In this document: one piece after another, positions 8,805 to 15,123 of the stretch
How positions within the stretch are numbered: the stretch's first letter is position 1
Layout of the letters: every line of letters begins with the position of its first letter
Virus record (IMG/VR): IMGVR_UViG_3300016466_000209
Span: 1 to 29,418 of that record
DNA length: 29,418 nucleotides
DNA from: a virus
Taxonomy: Duplodnaviria > Caudoviricetes
Direction: 5' to 3' (one strand)
Position numbers and translations under genes: made by a program
Notes under the pieces: generated by a model
What the model was told of the DNA's origin: nothing
The model's database searches: none
What the model saw: only the letters and a program-made list of their open reading frames with translations

Positions 8805-8989
8805 CCCTCTGGCCAGACTTCGCACGACAACTAGAACGTGAACTCAACGCTCAAATCCATCGGACTCACCAAGGACCAGATCGCCAAGATGCTCGGAACC
8901 CAAGTGATGCCAGACCCACCGAAACCAAAACCCCACATCTACCCCGGTCGCAAGATCGACCCGGCAATTACCAAGGCAATCCTCAATGA
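8732..8989 (+). CDS. Hypothetical protein (TPRTDA...FARQLERELN motif)
   Basis: N-terminal half carries a motif I recognise from small phage proteins. The C-terminal half looks like off-frame read-through across the next gene. Confidence 0.5.
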   Translation: MAEQLLLRTPRTDAYVEFWLKDRIALWPDFARQLERELNAQIHRTHQGPDRQDARNPSDARPTETKTPHLPRSQDRPGNYQGNPQ

Positions 8990-9083
8990 TAAAACCAAGG
9001 CAAATTACCGAGAACTCGCAAAGACACACGACGTCTCCGTCTACTACGTCTGGTCAGTCAAAAACAAACAACGAACCAAATAA
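8838..9083 (+). CDS. Putative small HTH DNA-binding protein
   Basis: GLTKDQIAKML and NYRELAKTHDVSVYYVWSVK are HTH-like. GTG start uncertain. Confidence 0.5.
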   Translation: MNSTLKSIGLTKDQIAKMLGTQVMPDPPKPKPHIYPGRKIDPAITKAILNDKTKANYRELAKTHDVSVYYVWSVKNKQRTK

Positions 9084-9213
9084 CCAATGGAAGGAACTCT
9101 GTCACGAATTGGCCAACTGCTTGGGCTGTGGATGCCAAAAGGAATCCGGCCTGTGCGTCCAATGCCACAAAGCCAACAAACGCTACCGCGCAATCCTCAC
9201 CCCACTCCAATGA
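8986..9213 (+). CDS. Cys-rich small protein, start uncertain
   Basis: C-terminal WKELCHELANCLGCGCQKESGLCVQCHK is Zn-finger-like; ATGA overlaps at both ends. Confidence 0.45.
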   Translation: MIKPRQITENSQRHTTSPSTTSGQSKTNNEPNNQWKELCHELANCLGCGCQKESGLCVQCHKANKRYRAILTPLQ

Positions 9214-9581
9214 AACTAGAAGAATCCATCAAACAAGTCTCCGAACTCCGAGCCAAAGGACTCACGATGAACGCCATCGGTCAACAACTCGGAGTCTCAC
9301 GACAACGAATCCACCAGATCCTCAACTCAAACATCCACATGGAAAACGAAAGGTCCAAATGGACCTTCGGACTCAGCACCAGAAACATCAGGATCGTCCA
9401 ATCACTCAACCTCACCACCAAACAGGAGGTCATCGACGCCATCATCCTCCAGAAAATCTTCCCCAACATGACCAAGAACTTCGGCATACGCTCCTACTTC
9501 GACCTCTGCGAGTGGGCCAATGTCCAGCCACCCAGCAACCTCACCTTCCCAAAACGATACCATGCAATCATCCACCCATGA
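9210..9581 (+). CDS. Sigma-region-4-like HTH fused to an RNA polymerase alpha-CTD-like domain
   Basis: GLTMNAIGQQLGVSRQRIHQI (HTH), then GLSTRNIRIVQSLNLTT...KNFGIRSYFDL resembling alpha-CTD (LSVR..N.L...I.T...NLG.KS..EI). Confidence 0.6.
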   Translation: MKLEESIKQVSELRAKGLTMNAIGQQLGVSRQRIHQILNSNIHMENERSKWTFGLSTRNIRIVQSLNLTTKQEVIDAIILQKIFPNMTKNFGIRSYFDLCEWANVQPPSNLTFPKRYHAIIHP

Positions 9582-9813
9582 CCTCGTGAACGCACTCAAC
9601 ATCCTCTCATCAGAAATCGATTCACCCGATGGAGCACCCAACGCCGTCTGCGCCGAGGCTTCCCAGCGTCTCGTTCACCTGGTCTCGCTCACAGCCCGCC
9701 TATCCGAACACATCCTCGCCAACCCCGTGCATCACCCTCAATGCAACGCCTACAACGGGTCCTACTGCAACTGTGTCCTGTCAGAAATCAGCTCCATACA
9801 AATCAAACCATGA
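9562..9813 (+). CDS. Hypothetical protein with His/Cys cluster
   Basis: MQSSTHDLVNAL...HHPQC...YCNC; ATGA overlap with the next gene. Confidence 0.6.
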   Translation: MQSSTHDLVNALNILSSEIDSPDGAPNAVCAEASQRLVHLVSLTARLSEHILANPVHHPQCNAYNGSYCNCVLSEISSIQIKP

Positions 9814-10064
9814 AGACCCCACGACACCTTCAACCATGGTACAGTACCCGCCTCCGTGACGCACGGAAACCAGAACCCATGACCGAGGCCGAACGCCTCG
9901 CAGCCTCCGAGGAAAACCGACGCATCCTCGCCAACTCAGCCGAGATCGTCGCCGCAGGAATCAGACGAGGCTGGATCTCACACGCGGTCCGAAAGCAACC
10001 TATCCCGACATGGATTCCATCGAATACACCAACCGATCAAACCCCTCCGTCATCGTTCATCTGA
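9810..10064 (+). CDS. Hypothetical protein
   Basis: ATGA-coupled start MKTPRHLQPWY. Confidence 0.55.
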   Translation: MKTPRHLQPWYSTRLRDARKPEPMTEAERLAASEENRRILANSAEIVAAGIRRGWISHAVRKQPIPTWIPSNTPTDQTPPSSFI

Positions 10065-10219
10065 TCGGCCAAGCACAGTTCCGACTCGGAGAGATGAAGT
10101 CACCAGTCGTCATCTACAGACGCGGAGACAACACCTACGTCCGACTCGCCTCAGAGTTCCACACAAAGTTCCAGCAACGAAATGAACCCACTCCAACGCG
10201 CAGCAGCATGGCTCAGTAG
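10010..10219 (+). CDS. Small SH3-like (DUF1653-like) protein
   Basis: VVIYRRG..TYVRLASEFHTKF resembles the DUF1653 V.Y....WVR...EF..KF pattern. Confidence 0.55.
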   Translation: MDSIEYTNRSNPSVIVHLIGQAQFRLGEMKSPVVIYRRGDNTYVRLASEFHTKFQQRNEPTPTRSSMAQ

Positions 10220-11951
10220 AGTACCACCAGCAGTCAGCGGCCAGAACGGCCACTCAACCACCTACACCGCAGCCGTGGGCCTCGTCCACGGCTTCGGCCT
10301 TTCTGAGACCGACGCCCTCAGCCTCCTCTCGGACTGGAACCGCTCCTGCCAGCCACCCTGGAGCGACCGCGATCTCATCCACAAGATCCGCGACGCCGCC
10401 TCCAAACCCCACGACAAACCAGCCGGCCACCTCCTCCATGCATCCGGTAGCCCTCAACACACAGACCTCACACGAGTCGTGTTCAAGCCTGCCAAACCAT
10501 TGGAGACCGACTCGGAGTTCAAGCGATTCCTCACCGCCGCATTCGCTCAAGGCGAGACCGTATCCATCTGCGAACAGGTCGAGGACGGTAGGCCAATCAC
10601 CTCAGGCTCATTCCTGCCAGTCGAGGAATGGATCAAACGCTTCGATCACCCAGATTCCATCCTCCTCCGAAAGGACCGGCTCGATGGCGTCTTCGTCCGC
10701 ATCAATCCATTCAAACCAAACCTCTACAGCGGCAGCGACAACGACGTCAGCGCATACCGCCACGTCCTCGTAGAGTTCGACGAACTCCCCAAACCCGAAC
10801 AGGAACAACGCCTCCGCGCATCCGGCCTCCCCATCAGCGTCCTCATCGATTCCGGCGGCAAATCCATCCACGCATGGGTCCGAGTAGACGCATCCTCCCG
10901 CAAGGAATGGGACGCCCGCCGCGACGAAATCTACAAGGCCATCCCCGGCGTCGATCCAAAGAACAAGAACCCATCCCGCTTCTCACGCCTACCCGGCGCA
11001 TGGCGCGGCGAATCCCAACAGAAACTGTTGGCCACCAACCTGGGCGCAGACTCATGGGAGGATTGGCTCACCAACCGCGAAAGCGAGGAAGACCAAGCCA
11101 CCATCGTCTCAGTCCGAGACCTCATCCACTTCGACCCAGCCAACGATCCAGACAACCTCATCGGCAACCGCTGGCTCACCCGCGGATCCTCCATGATCAT
11201 CAGCGGTGGCACCGGCATCGGGAAGTCATCCCTCATGATGCAGATCATCATCCGCTGGGCCCTCGGCCTCGACTTCTTCGGCATCACCCCAGTCCGCCCT
11301 CTCAAGATCGGTGTGATCCAAGCAGAGAACGACAAGGGCGACCTCGCAGAAGCGTTCCAAGGCGTATGCAGAGGGCTGGAAACGACAGGCGATCAGATGA
11401 AACGGTTACAGGCCCAGCTGGAGTTCCGAACCGAATCCGTTCGCACCAGCGACTCCTTCCTCGCCTACGCTCGCCGGTTCATCCACCGCTCCAAGCTCGA
11501 TGTCATCGTCGCCGATCCACTCTTCTCCTACTTCGGGGGCGACCTCTCCGACCAAGGCGAGGTCAGCGTGTTCCTACGCAACAAGCTCCAGCCAATCCTC
11601 CACGAGACCAAGGTCGTCTGGATCTGGATGCACCACATCTCCAAACCCCAGCGCAAGGACGGCGAACCACTCACCACCATGGAACTGGCCCACGCAGGAT
11701 TCGGATCCAGCGAACTCGCCAACTGGGCACGAGAGATCGCCGTGCTCCACGAAGTAGGCCAGTCCAAGCCCAGACGCTTCCAGCTGGCATTCTGCAAGCG
11801 CGGATCACGACTCCCAGCCAACAACCTCAACCTCCAACACGCAGCCACAGGCATCAAATGGGAACAATGGAACCCCATGGTCATGACCGGCGCACAACTC
11901 AAAGAGAAGAAACCGTATGTAAATAAGGCCAAGCGGAGGGACATGATATGA
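10182..11951 (+). CDS. Primase-helicase fusion: PriCT-like helical domain + AEP (RepB-like) primase + AAA_25/RecA-family (RepA-like) helicase
   Basis: WNRSCQPPWSDRDLIHK (PriCT-like); VEFD, SGGKSIH and RFSRLPG (AEP); GGTGIGKS Walker A, IVADP Walker B, HHISK and GSS (AAA_25). Confidence 0.85.
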   Translation: MNPLQRAAAWLSRVPPAVSGQNGHSTTYTAAVGLVHGFGLSETDALSLLSDWNRSCQPPWSDRDLIHKIRDAASKPHDKPAGHLLHASGSPQHTDLTRVVFKPAKPLETDSEFKRFLTAAFAQGETVSICEQVEDGRPITSGSFLPVEEWIKRFDHPDSILLRKDRLDGVFVRINPFKPNLYSGSDNDVSAYRHVLVEFDELPKPEQEQRLRASGLPISVLIDSGGKSIHAWVRVDASSRKEWDARRDEIYKAIPGVDPKNKNPSRFSRLPGAWRGESQQKLLATNLGADSWEDWLTNRESEEDQATIVSVRDLIHFDPANDPDNLIGNRWLTRGSSMIISGGTGIGKSSLMMQIIIRWALGLDFFGITPVRPLKIGVIQAENDKGDLAEAFQGVCRGLETTGDQMKRLQAQLEFRTESVRTSDSFLAYARRFIHRSKLDVIVADPLFSYFGGDLSDQGEVSVFLRNKLQPILHETKVVWIWMHHISKPQRKDGEPLTTMELAHAGFGSSELANWAREIAVLHEVGQSKPRRFQLAFCKRGSRLPANNLNLQHAATGIKWEQWNPMVMTGAQLKEKKPYVNKAKRRDMI

Positions 11952-12274
11952 CATACAGAGATAGGTTCGGGAGCATGCCAAAGCTCAAGCATGATAAGAA
12001 CCCGGAGCATAGCGAAGTGATCAATCACATAGCGGGCGCGATGCAATGTGATAAGGAGCGGGCCAGTCGTGTGTTCAATGAACTGAGGAAACGAGGTATC
12101 ATTGTATTCGACCGTATCGACCGGGCATGGCACGGAGCCGACAACCGCTCCATCCGGTACACCGATTCCGAGCGGATCGAGAGGCTGGAGATCAGGCTCG
12201 AGACCCTGGAAACCAAGCACCGCCGCCTGCTCGCCGCCTACCGCGCCCATATCCAACTAGGGGGGTCTCCTTAG
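11948..12274 (+). CDS. Hypothetical protein, possible winged helix plus coiled coil
   Basis: ATGA-coupled; RVFNELRKRGIIVFD (wHTH-like) followed by a heptad stretch RIERLEIRLETLE. Confidence 0.65.
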   Translation: MTYRDRFGSMPKLKHDKNPEHSEVINHIAGAMQCDKERASRVFNELRKRGIIVFDRIDRAWHGADNRSIRYTDSERIERLEIRLETLETKHRRLLAAYRAHIQLGGSP

Positions 12275-12749
12275 GGGGGGTCTCAGGGGCCAATGGGGCA
12301 CCCCTAATTGGACACTTCCTCCCCCCTAGGGCAACACCCACTATCCCCTCTAAATAGGGGAGTGTCGCCCCCCCATTCCTTGGGCTACCCTGCCCAAGGG
12401 GGGGGCGACACAGTAAACTATCCCACTCACTCGCTCACTCGCTCCTTCGCTCAGGTTCTCCTCCTCCCCTATTTGGAAGTAATTCTTCTCCCGCGAGCGG
12501 AAGCTGGGGTTTGGTCGGGAAGCGGGAATGCCCCGCGCTGGAGCTGGAAGGGGTCGCCAGTGCGTCGGAGGGGTGGGTCCGCATCATTTTACGATCCGGG
12601 GTTCGGACGTGCCAGAAACGAAAAGCCCCCGGATGGGGTTTCCGGGGGTGGGATTCGGGGGATCGGAAGGGGGAGGTCCGGGGGGAGCGGATCAGGGGGT
12701 TACCAGCCCCCCCGCGAGATCCCCCCTAGGGGTACCGGAAGGGGGAGGT
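12257..12749. other. Structured non-coding region, candidate replication origin
   Basis: Long hairpin 12362-12411 nested in the outer inverted repeat 12349-12362/12464-12477. CTCACTCG repeats, inverted CCCCCCTAG motifs and a 14-bp direct repeat. Lies just downstream of the primase-helicase, at a strand-skew switch. Confidence 0.5.
12619..12650 (-). terminator. Rho-independent terminator for the minus-strand RHH operon
   Basis: Minus strand reads CCCCCGGA-AACCCCA-TCCGGGGG-CTTTTCGTTT. Confidence 0.65.
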
Positions 12750-12753
12750 TGGC

Positions 12754-12933
12754 CTACTCCTTCGCCACCCCCATCAGATCCGGCTCCACAAGCATGACGT
12801 GGTAATCAACCACATGACGGAGATACGCACCCCAGCTACGAAAACCAAGCTCCTCAGCTCGCTTCTGTAGTAATACAAGAAGACGATACTCAATCTGGAA
12901 ACTAGTGGTCACCATGTCCGAGGAACCGCTCAC
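12754..12933 (-). CDS. Ribbon-helix-helix (CopG/Arc-like) DNA-binding protein, 59 aa, not in the ORF track
   Basis: Read by hand: VSGSSDMVTTSFQIEYRLLVLLQKRAEELGFRSWGAYLRHVVDYHVMLVEPDLMGVAKE. Beta-strand TTSFQI, helix, G, helix; GTGA-coupled to the upstream gene. Confidence 0.65.
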   Translation of the reverse strand: MSGSSDMVTTSFQIEYRLLVLLQKRAEELGFRSWGAYLRHVVDYHVMLVEPDLMGVAKE

Positions 12934-13196
12934 AGCTCACCCCCACTCTCACGGGTGAGCAGGATGATGATCTCCCATGTCGGGCGGTCCCGATTCCCAG
13001 CCTCCCGCCAAATGCGGTGAGCCGCCTTCTCCCAGTACCCCGCCTCATCGGCCAGCTCCTCACGACCCTTAGGGTCGCCATGATACCGAGCCATCATCTC
13101 CTGATGGCCACGGAACAACGTCCGCACCAGCTTCTCATCGGACTCGCTCAGAGCCCACCGACCAACCATCGGCGCAGGAATTACAGCATTCATCAC
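12930..13196 (-). CDS. Hypothetical protein
   Basis: 88-aa ORF with AAAGGA SD and a sigma70-like promoter upstream. Confidence 0.65.
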   Translation of the reverse strand: MMNAVIPAPMVGRWALSESDEKLVRTLFRGHQEMMARYHGDPKGREELADEAGYWEKAAHRIWREAGNRDRPTWEIIILLTRESGGEL

Positions 13197-13240
13197 TCAA
13201 TCCTTTCAGTTTCACCACCGCTCCATGCGGCGATGAGGAC

Positions 13241-13270
13241 AACCTACCGCACCATCATCCCCATCGTCAA
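13241..13270 (-). promoter_or_regulatory. Sigma70-type promoter for the 13196-12754 operon
   Basis: Minus strand TTGACG-18 nt-TAGGTT, followed by a 5' hairpin (13213-13235). CCGCACCAT direct repeat at 13247 and 13282. Confidence 0.6.
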
Positions 13271-13373
13271 GCGGGAATCTGCCGCACCATGAGGATTTTC
13301 TGGACGCCATCCCGACCAATGTTTACGGGCCTCCAAACGAAATCCGGCAGACCGCGCAGGAATTTGTCCGATT

Positions 13374-13422
13374 TTCCAAACCCCGATTCCAAGATCCCAA
13401 ACCCCGAATCCCGAATCACGGT
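13374..13422. repeat. Seven degenerate tandem heptamers (consensus approx. YCCCRAW)
   Basis: TTCCAAA CCCCGAT TCCAAGA TCCCAAA CCCCGAA TCCCGAA TCACGGT. Confidence 0.7.
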
Positions 13423-13438
13423 ATGGCGTATGCCAAGC

Positions 13439-13487
13439 ATAGGACATCCAATGTCCGAACCTAGAGGATAGGACATCGAGTGTCCGA
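13439..13487. promoter_or_regulatory. Pair of palindromic operator-like sites GGACA-N5-TGTCC
   Basis: ATAGGACATCCAATGTCCGA (13439-13458) and ATAGGACATCGAGTGTCCGA (13468-13487), 29 bp apart. Confidence 0.6.
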
Positions 13488-13517
13488 TGCCGGTATCCTG
13501 GGGAACGGGTACGGGTA

Positions 13518-13542
13518 GGAAAGGAAGGAAGGAAGGAAGGAA
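13518..13542. repeat. (GGAA)n purine microsatellite
   Basis: GGAAAGGAAGGAAGGAAGGAAGGAA. Confidence 0.8.
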
Positions 13543-13559
13543 CTAGTGGCCCACTAGAC

Positions 13560-13591
13560 AAAGAAAAGACCCCAAGGGGATTCCTTGGGGC
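13560..13591 (-). terminator. Rho-independent terminator ending the leftward early operon
   Basis: Minus strand CCCCAAGG-AATCCC-CCTTGGGG-TCTTTTCTTT. Confidence 0.75.
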
Positions 13592-13611
13592 TTGAATCGA
13601 ACGGAGCCTAA

Positions 13612-13710
13612 CTATCGGCGGACGATACTAGCTAGGGCCGAGAGCAGCATCAGGAGAAAACAGAAAAGGCAAAGGGCGAGAAACCCAAGGGCGCGAAGGA
13701 TGGGCTTCAT
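13612..13710 (-). CDS. 32-aa membrane peptide
   Basis: Read by hand: MKPILRALGFLALCLFCFLLMLLSALASIVRR; ATGA-coupled to the upstream gene. Confidence 0.55.
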   Translation of the reverse strand: MKPILRALGFLALCLFCFLLMLLSALASIVRR

Positions 13711-13904
13711 GATTCGATCCCTTCGATGAGCCTTGCAAACTCACGGAGGGTATCCTTGCTAGTAAACTCCGGGCGAAGGAAAACCGTTGAACGGTCCCGA
13801 TAGGCGATGATTGCGCCCCGATTGCGCCGGGACCCCCAAAGGTTCAAAGCAATCGAGGCTTCGATCGCGGAGTCTTCCGATTTGAAAGTGTGTTCGGTTT
13901 TCAT
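13707..13904 (-). CDS. Hypothetical early protein
   Basis: 65-aa ORF tightly packed in the operon. Confidence 0.6.
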   Translation of the reverse strand: MKTEHTFKSEDSAIEASIALNLWGSRRNRGAIIAYRDRSTVFLRPEFTSKDTLREFARLIEGIES

Positions 13905-13908
13905 GGGT

Positions 13909-14139
13909 TTAAATCATGCCGATCACAAGGAGAACGGAGGGGCATCCGTGGGGGCAAGTTCCGTCAGGCTCCACGATGCAACCCTCTGAACAGCATGCGG
14001 GTGCCGTTGCGTCAAACGAGGCATGCCGAACGAAAGAGAAAACGGAATCTTCGTTGCTCGAGTCGATACCCTCGTTTTCCAGGGTTTCGTTAACACTGAT
14101 GCGGTAGGGATTGCGGGGGTTTGTTTGTGTGGTTTTCAT
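13909..14139 (-). CDS. Small Cys-rich metal-binding protein
   Basis: Start MKTTQTNP at 14139; C-terminal CCSEGCIVEPDGTCPHGCPS motif. Confidence 0.7.
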   Translation of the reverse strand: MKTTQTNPRNPYRISVNETLENEGIDSSNEDSVFSFVRHASFDATAPACCSEGCIVEPDGTCPHGCPSVLLVIGMI

Positions 14140-14200
14140 ATGTTGAGAGGGCATCAATTGCCCGCGCAACCCACGCTCGCGCATGGGCTGGCCGGGGAAT

Positions 14201-14890
14201 TCAAGCCACGGATTCAACGAAATGCCGACGGCCCGACCCGTGGGCAGGAATGAAAACCGACCGTTGCCCGCCCCGCGCACCGGCACACGCTAGGCAATCT
14301 GAACACGGGGTCCCAAGGCGATCGCTGGCGCATAGGGTTTCCATCGTGTGGTGGTCCAGGTCGGGGGTGACTCTAAAGGTGCTCCAGCCCATTGACCTAG
14401 CGATGACCAGCTCGGCGGCGGTGTCCACGGAGGCCATCAGGATTGAACGCCAACCCTGCAGGCTAGGCTTTCTCCATTGGTGAGTGTAGCCTGTCCATCC
14501 CGAAGCGACACCCGCGATCGCAAGAGCAAGGGACAATGGCATATGCGTGGGGTCGCCGTAGGCCCCAAAACGGACCCGGCGGCCCGCGAAAACAGAAACG
14601 GAAGGCAGGGGCAAATATGCGCCCGCTTTCCACGCTCTCCAAATCGCAAGGGGAGCTTGTCCGACATTGACGTAGCAGGAACGCTCGCTCCCGTCGCCGT
14701 TTCCACGGTGTCGGCAATTGCCGCAGATTAAACGGTCTAGACCTTCACGGATTGCATGGACGGGGTCCACGGAACGGACAAGGATCCAGATCTGGATCAT
14801 ATCGCCCGTTTTCCGATTGTCGCTGGGGGATTCAAAGCCCGTCGCGATGATCACTCGGGAAGAGTCTTCGTGGAGAACAAAACCGTTCAC
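14201..14890 (-). CDS. Cys-rich putative Fe-S protein (phage Gp88-like, degenerate radical-SAM-like)
   Basis: N.KTG, CGNC...CY, RFGAYGDP, GYTHQW, MASVD, C...CSDCLAC and AHG motifs. Confidence 0.7.
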   Translation of the reverse strand: MNGFVLHEDSSRVIIATGFESPSDNRKTGDMIQIWILVRSVDPVHAIREGLDRLICGNCRHRGNGDGSERSCYVNVGQAPLAIWRAWKAGAYLPLPSVSVFAGRRVRFGAYGDPTHMPLSLALAIAGVASGWTGYTHQWRKPSLQGWRSILMASVDTAAELVIARSMGWSTFRVTPDLDHHTMETLCASDRLGTPCSDCLACAGARGGQRSVFIPAHGSGRRHFVESVA

Positions 14891-15000
14891 TGGACGCCTC
14901 CGATCAGCAACTCCGCGAAGCAGAGGGCGAGGGCGAGGATTACGAGAGCCGCAAGCGCGAGAAGCGCGAGGGCGGACAGTAGGTTTTTGAGGGAACGCAT
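14887..15000 (-). CDS. 37-aa membrane peptide, first gene of the leftward operon
   Basis: Read by hand: MRSLKNLLSALALLALAALVILALALCFAELLIGGVQ; GTGA overlap with the next gene. Confidence 0.55.
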   Translation of the reverse strand: MRSLKNLLSALALLALAALVILALALCFAELLIGGVQ

Positions 15001-15012
15001 GGGTTTGGAACG

Positions 15013-15067
15013 GAGCCGATCATCGGCTCACGGGCAGCACGGTACGGCAGAGTACCACGGAGGTCAA
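15013..15067 (-). promoter_or_regulatory. Sigma70-type early promoter with a downstream palindrome
   Basis: Minus strand TTGACC (15067-15062), 17 nt, TACCGT (15044-15039); GAGCCGAT-C-ATCGGCTC palindrome at 15013-15029. Confidence 0.7.
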
Positions 15068-15123
15068 TAGGAAAGTGTTGGGGACTTTCGCGAAGGGAAT
15101 CCAGAAGGCAAAGGGGGGAACGC

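Noticed and set aside
10628-11926. 432-aa alternative-frame ORF inside the primase-helicase
   Set aside because: Arg/Pro/His-rich with no motifs; expected because T-poor third positions remove stops in the shifted frame.
12308-12805. 165-aa, 72-aa and 89-aa ORFs across the candidate origin
   Set aside because: Gly/Pro/Arg low complexity arising from G/C runs; the region is better explained as structured non-coding DNA.
13374-13545. Possible CRISPR or mini-array
   Set aside because: Only two 20-bp repeats with a 9-bp gap plus short tandem repeats; no repeat-spacer periodicity and no cas genes.
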